Origin: Oligoflexia bacterium
GTDB lineage: Bacteria > Bdellovibrionota > Bdellovibrionia > JABDDW01
Direction: 5' to 3'
Length of the DNA: 25,939 nucleotides
Assembly (NCBI GenBank): GCA_043732305.1
Contig: JAYTHU010000188.1
Span: forward strand, 1-25,939
The notes below the pieces were generated by a model. The model ran no database searches, had not been told where the DNA came from, and saw only the letters and a program-made list of their open reading frames with translations. Each line of letters opens with the position of its first letter. Within the stretch, counting starts at the first letter, position 1. Positions 1 to 9,085 of this stretch are shown here, in pieces. A program made the position numbers and the translations under genes.

Positions 1-318
1 GATTCTGTGTCGTAACAAAATCAAACCACAGTGGACGGGGATGGACAATTCTTGTCTCTACATACATTCAAATACCAAGGCTTTTACCGGGGAACCCAAC
101 TGAATATCCAAGAGCTGGGCTACGTCTTCTAAAACGCTGACAAACGATATCTTGGCTTAGGGCCCTGGCCTTATACGAGAGCCTATAGTTCATGATAGTT
201 TATTAAATTTTTGACCCTTGATGACCACAAAATTTGTACTCCAGAAGTATTAAAAAAGACGCTGCCCTGCAGGGTATGTCTTTCAATGCAGGACCCTTTT
301 AAGGGCTAAGCCTGATTG

Positions 319-1869
319 CTATTTGGAGTCGTGCTCCATGGACTCCACAAATTTTTGAATTGTTACCTCCATGTCTGTCACAATTTCATGCCAACTGTCC
401 ACAAAGGCCTGTCGTTCAATCTTGAGAGTAGCAAAGTCAGGGCGCTCAGAGGGATCTGTGGTAGCAAGGGAGGAGACTTTTTCTAAGTTTGCATTATTTG
501 GCCCAGACAAAATAAGTTCGTCCCTCATGTTCACAATATCCATGTAGTTTGCCACAAGAGGACGGTTTCCACCGTGTTTCACCCAGTCCATGACCACAGC
601 GGTTCGCAATTGCAATGCATAATGAGCAATTGAGCGCTTGGAATAAAGATGAGTTTTTCTGTACGCGGGCTCAGGCGCAGAGTTGGTTTTCTTTTCTGTG
701 ATGAATCTGCCATGATCCGTGTCTTGGATTAAGGTCAATTTTTCATCAAGCTTCTCAATGACTTTATCCTGCATTGCTAATACGGCATCGGGAATTTTGA
801 CATCTTCCACCAGTTGCATGATGGCGAGAAGATCTTCAAAACGAATTTTTGAAATATTTTTGTCAGCTCCGTTCAGGGCAGCCTTCATCATTTTTACATT
901 TGATCCCAAGGCGTTAGGATTATTTGCGCCTTTTCCCAGATCTCCACGGTCAGCAAAATTCTTGGGAAGTAAAATGATAGCAGCCATGCGATCCACGTGA
1001 GCTGCCAAATCTATTCCATTTTTCTCAGCCTTTTCATAAGTCTTTTGCACACTGTAGTTGGTCGCTGCAACTTTGAAAAGTGTATCACTTTCAAAGTGCT
1101 TATCCCCCTCAGAAACAACGCCTTCATTAAAATAGTTCAGAGTTCCTCGTAAAAATTCTGCCTGCCCGTCACCAATCTCATCAAAAAAAGCAAAGACGTG
1201 ACTTTGCGCCCCTTGTTGATGATAAAATCTTCGAGCTCCCGATTCCATTTGTTCTTTCATTATGACTCCACCAAAAACGTGGGAGAGTCTGGTTTCCGAA
1301 GTGATTTGATATTTGAAATAGGACATGTATTCTGCTGCTGCTTCCGCATCTTTGATTTGCTCTGCCCGAGTTTTTCGAATATCCCTTTTAGGCATCACAA
1401 GCTGGGTAGAAAAATTATCTTTCATGGATGCTGAAAAAATAATATTTTTTGCGATCGCATCCACAATGGCTGACTTTCCTGTCCCCGTGAAGCCCGCAAG
1501 AACTACCGGACGCATAGAGATCATTCCTCTCAACAGGCCATCAATAACATAATCAGATTCAAGATAAGAATTATTAAGGCTATCCACATAGGCTTTGAAA
1601 GGAGTAATGGCTTCTTTGGCTCGTTTTTCTTTTTCCGTCACAGGGATCTTTGCCCTCTCTCTTTCAGAGCGTGCTTTAAGAGCGCCATTGATTCGGTCTA
1701 GGGCTAAGGTTAAGACATTCCACTTGGAAGTATTCTCTTTTTCCGTGGTTGGCAAATCAAGAGCTTCCACCAACTGCTTGCACTTCTCACTAGCGGGGTC
1801 AGAGGCCCTAACTACGGAAGTGAATGTGGTCACCGTAAGCAAAATCAAAATCAAATTTTTAAAACCCAT
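319..1869 (-). CDS. RavA/MoxR-type AAA+ ATPase with N-terminal signal peptide
   Basis: Walker A VLAGFTGTGKS, Walker B FAFFDEI, sensor-1 VAATN, Arg-finger region LAAHVDRMAAII (cf. RavA LYDRM), sensor-2-like YSKRS. N-terminus MGFKNLILILLTVTTFTSVVRA is signal-peptide-like. Starts 3 nt after the vWA gene stop, with GGAG upstream. Confidence 0.85.
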   Translation of the reverse strand: MGFKNLILILLTVTTFTSVVRASDPASEKCKQLVEALDLPTTEKENTSKWNVLTLALDRINGALKARSERERAKIPVTEKEKRAKEAITPFKAYVDSLNNSYLESDYVIDGLLRGMISMRPVVLAGFTGTGKSAIVDAIAKNIIFSASMKDNFSTQLVMPKRDIRKTRAEQIKDAEAAAEYMSYFKYQITSETRLSHVFGGVIMKEQMESGARRFYHQQGAQSHVFAFFDEIGDGQAEFLRGTLNYFNEGVVSEGDKHFESDTLFKVAATNYSVQKTYEKAEKNGIDLAAHVDRMAAIILLPKNFADRGDLGKGANNPNALGSNVKMMKAALNGADKNISKIRFEDLLAIMQLVEDVKIPDAVLAMQDKVIEKLDEKLTLIQDTDHGRFITEKKTNSAPEPAYRKTHLYSKRSIAHYALQLRTAVVMDWVKHGGNRPLVANYMDIVNMRDELILSGPNNANLEKVSSLATTDPSERPDFATLKIERQAFVDSWHEIVTDMEVTIQKFVESMEHDSK

Positions 1870-1872
1870 AAG

Positions 1873-4596
1873 TTACTCCTTTTTTCCTTCTAACCAATCA
1901 TAAATATAAATTCTAGCTCTTCTAAACTGAGGATCTTTAATCGCATTATTAAAATATCTTTGCTCAAAATCATTTTCTTCACAGAGCTCTCTCAAAAGAG
2001 CACTCAAGAAGTGTGCGCGAATATCCAGTGGTACTAAAGTGGGGGACAGGCGCTTCATACAATCAATAAGAAGTTCTAAGATCTTTTCTGTTTTCTTCTT
2101 CCAGTTCTTGGGAGAAGAATCTTGAAGAGCGCCGTTGAGAGAAAAGACAGAACGCAAAGATTTGATCACATTGTCGTCATAGAATGAAGCGCGCTGGCTT
2201 GTATCCAAAAGATTGAGACTCACAAGCAGCTCTGACATGTTTTTTCTAACTGCCGTTCCAATGGCCGTGGTTTCATAAATGGAGCGAGTCACGGGTCTAG
2301 TCTTCTCAAGCTTGGTCAAAGCCAAAGGTGATTTAGCTTCTTTGAGAATGTCTTTGAGGCCCGAGTCTGTTATAGACTTGTAAGTAAACTCCTGAGTTTC
2401 ATTATTACTTCTGCGTTTCTTAAGTTTAGAGAATGCAATTTGTTTTAACTCTACGTGATCATTAATGGCCACAACATTGATAATTACTTCCACATCCTCG
2501 CCAATACGATTTCTCCAGTCATCAATGACACTCTCCCTGACTACTGATTGTTCTCCGTCCGTGAGGAGTAAAATACTGGCGTAGGTTAGGTTGGAATTTT
2601 TCTGTTTTGCTTCATAAATACTTTGAAGTTCATGCACCAGGGCATTTTCAATTTCAGTGCTGCCGCCCAAGTTTCCGGCGTGCTTGTCATTGAGGGATTT
2701 TAAAAACTGAGTGGCACGATTTTGAGTAGAAATCTCAATTGCCCCTCCCACTTGTTGGTTGAACGGACTGTAGTAGATCACATGACTGCCCACTTCTTTT
2801 CCGGTGTCATGAATCACGTCATAATCAGTGATAAGTTCAGAAAAATTAAAATCAATATAGGCTGCCACAAAAAGATTTCTAAAAGTAGACCGCAGTTTGT
2901 CCATGGACGTGGACTCATCGCCTAAGAGTCGAGTGATTTTATGAAGGGCCGTGGCATGGATCTCCGGCACCTTGACTTCTTTGGCTGGCTCTCCGTAGCC
3001 CTGTTTACCTTGGACCAAGTTGTGGATCATGATTTGGGGGTGATCGTAATCAAGAAAGTGATCATAGTCCATGAGGTCTTCAGTATTTCTCACTCGCTCT
3101 GGTCCACGGGCATAGAAGGAACTATCTTGAGAGTAGCCCACTTGAGCTCTGGTGGTGAAAAGCTGGTGATGACGAGCATTCAAGAATGGGCGCAAGACAG
3201 ACATCATCCGATATGTCCAAAGTTTTTTGCCATTTATTTTTTCTACAAAATTTCTTTGTGCCATGGTTCCATCACGGGTGAGATCTGCTCCAAAAGTGTC
3301 TCTCATCATTTTTTGTGAAAGTGGACCAGGCAGCTCGCCGTAAAATTTCACTGCCGTGGAGTGCTCCACCTGATCTCCGTTGGTTTTTAAAGATTCAAGA
3401 AGCCTCTCAACAGATCTTAAGGTCTTTGATTCCTGAGGAGATAAAAGATCATAGCGACCAATCTCATGAAGAGAGTAGTAAAGATGGGAAGCCAAAAGGT
3501 AAACTCGATCCATATTTGCCAGAGAGAGGCCCGTGCTCAACTCCTGTCTCAGTTCATTAAGACTACGGTATCTGATATCAAGGCCCGCGATGCGCGTTAT
3601 CATGCCGCTGGAAAGTTTAATAAAATGTTCAATTTTTTCTGAATTGAATTCCGTCTTCACAGTTTGCAAATAGTTGAAATAATTTTGAAGTCCTTGGGAC
3701 ATTTCCTCTGTGGAATAGAGTTTCCTTAGTTCCCAAACGTAAAGATGTCTTAGGACAACCTCGCTGACCCCCTTGAAAGACTTGTAATCGGACTTGGGAC
3801 GCTTTTTCTGTTCTTGCTCCTCTTCCTTTTTCTGCTCTTGCTGTGGTTTTTCCTTTTCTTGCTGTTCTTTGATATCTTTATATTCGTCTAAAAAGCTGCG
3901 CGGCTGTTGTTCTTGGCCATCTTCAGCTTTGGCATCTGGTTTAGTTCCTTGAGATGGATTATCCTGTTGCGGGTTCTCTTGATTTTCATTGCCCTGCTTT
4001 TGTGAGTTTTGTGGGGTCTGATCACCACCACTTCTCCCTTTATCTCCAGAATTCTGATCCTTGCTTTCTTCGGAGCCGTTGCCTTGTCCTTTTCCATCCT
4101 TGCCTTGCTTGGACTTTTTATTGTCATCATCTGTGACTATTTTCTTAAGCCTTTGCAATAACAGTTGCCTCACACGTAAATGCTCTTGATTGTTTTTGAA
4201 TTTATCTAACGATCTTGTGCCTGCACCAATGAGTTGGGATAGTTTGAACTTCATATCTCCATTAAGTGGCTCTGCACTTGCCCGAGCCTTTTCAAGTTCC
4301 ACCAGGTCGTTCCAGTTTGCACCGTTATCACTCAAGATTTTTTTATAGACTGAAAGATCTCCCGCTTCGCTTCGCCCAAACGGCAGAGGGGTTTCTCCGA
4401 CGATTTCATGAATTTCACCAAGTCTATCGTCAATAGCTTGGTGAAAATACTGATTCCCGGTGACGGCTTTTGTGCCTCTTAGCTTGTTCAAAAAGCCTCG
4501 GCAATGTTCCCCAAAAGAATTGCCATGACTGAGACTTGGCGCCGCCAAAACCACAAGCAAAAATGCAAAAAAAGCAGGGACTAGAATTTTCATCAT
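1873..4596 (-). CDS. vWA (MIDAS) domain protein, ViaA/CoxE-like partner of the AAA+ ATPase, with signal peptide
   Basis: MIDAS DxSxS (LLGDESTSM), GGSTEIENAL and ILLLTDGE motifs. Q/K/E/G-rich low-complexity linker at about 3790-4130. Start moved from 4689 to the ATG at 4596 (or 4593) because MMKILVPAFFAFLLVVLAAPSLSHG reads as a signal peptide. Confidence 0.8.
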   Translation of the reverse strand: MMKILVPAFFAFLLVVLAAPSLSHGNSFGEHCRGFLNKLRGTKAVTGNQYFHQAIDDRLGEIHEIVGETPLPFGRSEAGDLSVYKKILSDNGANWNDLVELEKARASAEPLNGDMKFKLSQLIGAGTRSLDKFKNNQEHLRVRQLLLQRLKKIVTDDDNKKSKQGKDGKGQGNGSEESKDQNSGDKGRSGGDQTPQNSQKQGNENQENPQQDNPSQGTKPDAKAEDGQEQQPRSFLDEYKDIKEQQEKEKPQQEQKKEEEQEQKKRPKSDYKSFKGVSEVVLRHLYVWELRKLYSTEEMSQGLQNYFNYLQTVKTEFNSEKIEHFIKLSSGMITRIAGLDIRYRSLNELRQELSTGLSLANMDRVYLLASHLYYSLHEIGRYDLLSPQESKTLRSVERLLESLKTNGDQVEHSTAVKFYGELPGPLSQKMMRDTFGADLTRDGTMAQRNFVEKINGKKLWTYRMMSVLRPFLNARHHQLFTTRAQVGYSQDSSFYARGPERVRNTEDLMDYDHFLDYDHPQIMIHNLVQGKQGYGEPAKEVKVPEIHATALHKITRLLGDESTSMDKLRSTFRNLFVAAYIDFNFSELITDYDVIHDTGKEVGSHVIYYSPFNQQVGGAIEISTQNRATQFLKSLNDKHAGNLGGSTEIENALVHELQSIYEAKQKNSNLTYASILLLTDGEQSVVRESVIDDWRNRIGEDVEVIINVVAINDHVELKQIAFSKLKKRRSNNETQEFTYKSITDSGLKDILKEAKSPLALTKLEKTRPVTRSIYETTAIGTAVRKNMSELLVSLNLLDTSQRASFYDDNVIKSLRSVFSLNGALQDSSPKNWKKKTEKILELLIDCMKRLSPTLVPLDIRAHFLSALLRELCEENDFEQRYFNNAIKDPQFRRARIYIYDWLEGKKE

Positions 4597-4831
4597 TAAA
4601 CTATTGATGAGCAAAACCTCTGCCACAGTAAATCCCTTAGGTTCTTTTAAATGGTTTATAAAATTAAAAAATTCAGATAGCCGCCTCATTTTGGGGCTGA
4701 TTGTTGAAACTTTTGACGGCTTTTGAATCTAATACGCTCAAAATTTTAGGCAAGGTTATTGCTTATGTGTATGGGGTTACAGAAGTCTGACGTGTACAGA
4801 GGCATTGCTTAAGTTTAGAAAGATTGAAACC

Positions 4832-5896
4832 ATGAAGAAGTTTTTAAGTATTCTTATTGTTTTTAGCTTTATCCTTCCCTCTTTTGGTCAGGCTGAGTCC
4901 AGCCCCTCTGATTCCTCTGATATTGAAGCTTTACTCAACAGGTCTCCGAAGCTTTCCGTATTGATCAAATCCGCTCAATCAGCGTTAATCTCTCCATCAG
5001 ACTTCACCATGGGCGGTTACATGATCATGGACATGTTAGATTCTGAGATGAATAAAATGGGCTTCACCAATTCGGATAAGGACTCGGTCCTGAAGCATCT
5101 TCAAGAAAAAACGCGAGTTGGCCAAACCGAAGAAAAGAAAATGTTGACCTCTGACACCTTTCTTTATCTTCTTAGTCAAAAAGAAGTGATCGACTCTCAG
5201 GAAGAAAGAGAACGATTTAAAAGCGGTCTCTTGCAGTTTATAGAGCTTGCAGAAAATTCTGAAATAAAATCCAAACTACAATATGTTTATGCTAGGGCAA
5301 GTGGAACTCCCTTTTCCTTGTTCAAAATCATGTTGATTCTTATTTTATTGGAGAAAGAAAAGTTCCACGAGAAAAATTTAGTGGAGCTTCTTGCAGACCA
5401 TCTCCACGACTTTTATCTTTCAAAATTAAATCAAAATGAATTGAGATCCCACCAAGTTGAAGTTTGGATCGGGATGGCTAAAGCAAAGGCGGTTTTGTAC
5501 TTATACTTAGCTGAGAAGGAACTTAAAGACATAGAACACTTAAAGCTGAAATTGAATCGAAACACGATATACAACATCACAGCAAAGTGGAAAAAACAAT
5601 TTCCCCAGAGTAGATTCGAAGGAATGAAGTTAGTGGCAGACTTTTTCGCCACGCATCGTGGTAAAAGTATTTTTGTTATAGGAGCTGCTTTACTTTCCTC
5701 CTACACTCACTTTTTTTCTAACTGGGACCCGCGTGTTCATTGCATCTCCGCCATCATAATTGTTTACGTCATCGATAATTTTATTAAATCCTATGAATCC
5801 CGCCGCGCGGAATGGCGCCTTAACCGCGGTTATTTTCATCGGGATTATGGCCTACATTTTATCTCCAGCCTTAACAAATTGGAGCGGTTACAGTGA
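4832..5896 (+). CDS. Hypothetical exported/membrane protein, tandem paralog 1 of 4
   Basis: Signal peptide MKKFLSILIVFSFILPSFGQA (ATG 4832). Motifs shared with the next three ORFs: LFKIMLILILLE, WKKQFPQ, two hydrophobic C-terminal segments, terminal FISSLNKLERLQ. Confidence 0.85.
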   Translation: MKKFLSILIVFSFILPSFGQAESSPSDSSDIEALLNRSPKLSVLIKSAQSALISPSDFTMGGYMIMDMLDSEMNKMGFTNSDKDSVLKHLQEKTRVGQTEEKKMLTSDTFLYLLSQKEVIDSQEERERFKSGLLQFIELAENSEIKSKLQYVYARASGTPFSLFKIMLILILLEKEKFHEKNLVELLADHLHDFYLSKLNQNELRSHQVEVWIGMAKAKAVLYLYLAEKELKDIEHLKLKLNRNTIYNITAKWKKQFPQSRFEGMKLVADFFATHRGKSIFVIGAALLSSYTHFFSNWDPRVHCISAIIIVYVIDNFIKSYESRRAEWRLNRGYFHRDYGLHFISSLNKLERLQ

Positions 5897-6993
5897 ATAA
5901 TGTTTTAAGTTTCATTATTGTCGTCAGCCTATTGCCTCTTCAGGCCCTTGCGATAGATCATCAGGGGATCCTCAACAGTAATTCTGAGGTTAAAGGCCTA
6001 GCAAGTGCCTATGTGACCACACCTGCTCAAAATTCCGGCGGTGCGGCCCTAGCCCTTATGGTCTTTGCGGAAGAGCTTCATCAGAGACTTCTTGCTATGA
6101 AATTAACAGATGAAGAAATCCAAAATATTTTTGATTTCCTGAATAGGCAAAAAGAACAAGGTGTGAGTCTAGAATCTGCTCAAGTGAAAAATGACCAACT
6201 CACCGCCTCCCTGACGTCAGAGGTTATTAAACCTGCACCAGCTCCTCTAGTGAATATGACTGCGGGTTACCAAACTCATCTCTTCCATTTTATTGATCAG
6301 GTCAAAGATCCCATCACAACGGAAAAACTAGATTGGATTGTTAAAAACGGAGTGGGTCGGGAGATGCTAGATCTTTCTCTGTTCAAAGTGGGCCTTTGCC
6401 TTGTGATACTTGAGAATATTTCACGCTCTCAAGATAAATCAATTTTTAGAGTTCAAGAATTTGAGATTTTACGAGCACTAGTGGCTAACTTAGACAATGT
6501 TTACAAGCGCCAAATTCAAGGAGCTTACGCCAGCCGCATGGGAGAGGCTAACATAAGAGAAACGGTGATAGGCTTTGTTCACAGTGGTCTCAAAATATAC
6601 TCTCCGCTTAAGTTGCAATTTGATGCAAAAACAACTCAAAAATTCACCGCCGAATGGGAAAATCAATTTCCTCAGTCTGACCATGATTTCTATCAGAGCT
6701 ATATGAAACCATATTTCGATGTTGTCGCGAATAATAAATCATTTTTTTATAAAGGCGTCATACCGGTGACAGGAATGCTTGCTCTATTTTCTGCATTCTC
6801 CTTTTATACTGGAAATACGTGGGGAGGTATCAGCTTTGCTGCTCCAATTTTTACATTTCTTATTGGTCATTACTATGCCATTATTTCTAAATCTTCCGCA
6901 CTTCAAAGACGAGCAAATAAAAACTACCTTCACAAAAAACATGGCCAGAATTTTATTTCTTGTCTCAATAATCTTGAGAGGCTCAAGCCATGA
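5893..6993 (+). CDS. Hypothetical exported/membrane protein, tandem paralog 2 of 4
   Basis: GTGA overlap with the previous gene. Signal peptide ending ALA; LFKVGLCLVILE, WENQFPQ, hydrophobic hairpin, terminal FISCLNNLERLKP. Confidence 0.88.
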   Translation: MNNVLSFIIVVSLLPLQALAIDHQGILNSNSEVKGLASAYVTTPAQNSGGAALALMVFAEELHQRLLAMKLTDEEIQNIFDFLNRQKEQGVSLESAQVKNDQLTASLTSEVIKPAPAPLVNMTAGYQTHLFHFIDQVKDPITTEKLDWIVKNGVGREMLDLSLFKVGLCLVILENISRSQDKSIFRVQEFEILRALVANLDNVYKRQIQGAYASRMGEANIRETVIGFVHSGLKIYSPLKLQFDAKTTQKFTAEWENQFPQSDHDFYQSYMKPYFDVVANNKSFFYKGVIPVTGMLALFSAFSFYTGNTWGGISFAAPIFTFLIGHYYAIISKSSALQRRANKNYLHKKHGQNFISCLNNLERLKP

Positions 6994-8072
6994 AGAAGTT
7001 TATAAGTCTAATTCTCAGCTTCATACTTTTTGCTCCTGGGGCACTTGCCTCCGAAATTGATGAATTCATCACTAAGCATCCTCAAAATGAAAAATCCATC
7101 CGTGCTTATATGACTCTGCTTTCGGGACACCAGTCTCAAGGAGGAGATCTTGCAGCTTATATAACAGGCCAAGATCTGGCAGAAAAACTTTTGGCTAATG
7201 GCGCTTCCGAAGAGGAGATCGAGAAGCTATTTCAAAATATGAATGAAGAAAAAACGACTCAAGAAAAATCTGAAAAAAACATCACAGCTCAATTGGTACA
7301 AAAAGGACAATTGATATTAGAGCTTTTGAAGGTTCCAGACATTTCTGTTTATAAAGACAAACTCACCAAACTCATCTATGAAGAAAAGGACCCAAAAACT
7401 CAGAGTAAATTGACCACATTGTTTGCAAAGTTTCCTCTTACCTCTATTCGTTCTCTCAAAGATCTGACGTTTGTCAATGTGGGGCTCGGTTTGATTCTAC
7501 TTGAGCAAATGGAAAGAGAAAAAGCTCCTCTGGGAGACATGTATGTTGTTAATGACCTCATGTTAGAAAACTTAAATAGTTATCTTCTGATGTGTATCTC
7601 CGTTACCAAACTAAAACCGGGGGCGGTTATCAATCAGAGCGATGTTTTTCACGCGAGAAATAATTTAGTTAAAGCCACCGAGACGTTGTCAAAACTTTCC
7701 AACCTTGACATCAATTTGAGTAAAAAAAATCGAGACCTCCTCTATCAAGATTGGAAGGATAGATTTACTAATCAAAAAGGGTTTAGACGGAGCGTCCTCT
7801 GGTATTCCATTAAAGCTTATTCAAACCCAAGAAATAACAAACTCATGTGGACTGGTATTGCACCTCTTCTGATACTATTTTCAGATAAACCTCACCACGT
7901 TGCTCTTTCCGTATTTACAGCTGTGCTCGTAAGCTTTTTTGCTGCTATACCTGTCGCCCTCTACTACCCCTTTCATCGTGATGTCGAATATCTTGAGAAT
8001 GGTCTATTTCAAGGAAAAGCGGGTGGAAAATTTATTAAATGTCTAAGTAGTCTTGAGAGGCTTAATCCATGA
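6990..8072 (+). CDS. Hypothetical exported/membrane protein, tandem paralog 3 of 4
   Basis: ATGA overlap. Signal peptide MKKFISLILSFILFAPGALA; FVNVGLGLILLE, WKDRFTNQ, hydrophobic hairpin, terminal FIKCLSSLERLNP. Confidence 0.88.
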   Translation: MKKFISLILSFILFAPGALASEIDEFITKHPQNEKSIRAYMTLLSGHQSQGGDLAAYITGQDLAEKLLANGASEEEIEKLFQNMNEEKTTQEKSEKNITAQLVQKGQLILELLKVPDISVYKDKLTKLIYEEKDPKTQSKLTTLFAKFPLTSIRSLKDLTFVNVGLGLILLEQMEREKAPLGDMYVVNDLMLENLNSYLLMCISVTKLKPGAVINQSDVFHARNNLVKATETLSKLSNLDINLSKKNRDLLYQDWKDRFTNQKGFRRSVLWYSIKAYSNPRNNKLMWTGIAPLLILFSDKPHHVALSVFTAVLVSFFAAIPVALYYPFHRDVEYLENGLFQGKAGGKFIKCLSSLERLNP

Positions 8073-9085
8073 AGAAGTTCTTATCAGCACTTCTTATTTT
8101 CTGCCTTCTTCCACAACTTGCTTTGGCCGAGGAATTAAAAACGCTGGTTGAAAGATACCAAAATGTGGTTCTACAATCTCAAACTTCTGCTGGAGCTAAT
8201 CTTGGGGCGTATCTATTACTTCAAGATTTAGAATTAAAACTTTCTGAGATGGGCGTAACAGAACAAGAGCTTGATGAAATTCGTGTATTTGCCGGGCAAG
8301 AGAGAGACCGGAAGCTCATTGATGAAAAAAGTAGCAATGCTGAAATACAGGCCAACACCGCTCTACTCAACAAACTTCTTGAAGCCAGTGACTTTTTTAA
8401 AGTCAATAATTCCGATCGTAAAGCATATCTTGAAGTTTTAAAAACTTTTGAACAAGATCCTTCTGCTTCCAAACTCAAATATTATTTGAAAGAGGCCGTT
8501 GCGTCAAACAGCTCTCGCCAATTTTATTATAATCTCTTGATCTTAGGATTAGGGATTTTAGAGGTTATGGAGCCCACCAAATCGCCCCACCACTCTACTG
8601 ACTTAGACAAAGCAATGGGTTTTACTTTGACGCAACTAGAGGGCTATCTTTTTAATTTAGCCGAAGACAAAGGGACCCAAATTCCAAAGGGGCTCAAATT
8701 GACTCCTGAAACTCTTAAAAAATTAGACAAAGGTTGGAGTGAGAAATTCCCTCAGGCACAAAACGAGGGTACGAAATCATTTTTCTATCAAGCCGGGCGG
8801 TTTAAAGCCCTTCTTGAAAGGCACGGAAAATTCTCTTTCATGTTGGGAATCTTTATCTATCTTGGCGGCAAAGGTATCGCCTCCCAATTCACCGCAAACG
8901 AAGGGATTCAACTTTTGTCCGTTGTGGGCATTTATTTGGGACTTCTTCTTGGCTACCCAGCTATTCGATCTGTCTTTTCCAGACAAGACTACAGGAAGTC
9001 CATGAAGTATGCCTTAAAAACCCCTGGCCACAATTACATCAAGTGCCTGATTAATCTTGAGAGCCTTACGTCAGGAAGTGACTAA
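8069..9085 (+). CDS. Hypothetical exported/membrane protein, tandem paralog 4 of 4
   Basis: ATGA overlap. Signal peptide MKKFLSALLIFCLLPQLALA; LLILGLGILE, WSEKFPQ, hydrophobic hairpin, terminal YIKCLINLESLTSGSD. Confidence 0.88.
   Translation: MKKFLSALLIFCLLPQLALAEELKTLVERYQNVVLQSQTSAGANLGAYLLLQDLELKLSEMGVTEQELDEIRVFAGQERDRKLIDEKSSNAEIQANTALLNKLLEASDFFKVNNSDRKAYLEVLKTFEQDPSASKLKYYLKEAVASNSSRQFYYNLLILGLGILEVMEPTKSPHHSTDLDKAMGFTLTQLEGYLFNLAEDKGTQIPKGLKLTPETLKKLDKGWSEKFPQAQNEGTKSFFYQAGRFKALLERHGKFSFMLGIFIYLGGKGIASQFTANEGIQLLSVVGIYLGLLLGYPAIRSVFSRQDYRKSMKYALKTPGHNYIKCLINLESLTSGSD

Noticed and set aside
1..318. Possible CDS end or continuation of the AAA+ gene
   Set aside because: Most frames I read are interrupted by stops; two short + strand frames run in from the window edge (to about 130-140) but carry no recognisable motif. 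It could be a gene end or decayed sequence, but I cannot support a call.
319..4596. Anti-phage defence interpretation of the AAA+/vWA pair
   Set aside because: Not excluded, but no nuclease or other defence effector is adjacent, and signal peptides on both proteins do not fit a cytoplasmic defence system.
4597..4689. N-terminal extension of the vWA ORF given in the ORF track
   Set aside because: It would bury the signal peptide and occupies the likely divergent promoter region. Similar over-extended starts were trimmed at 4805, 11729, 11738, 13848, 20112, 22032 and 24532.
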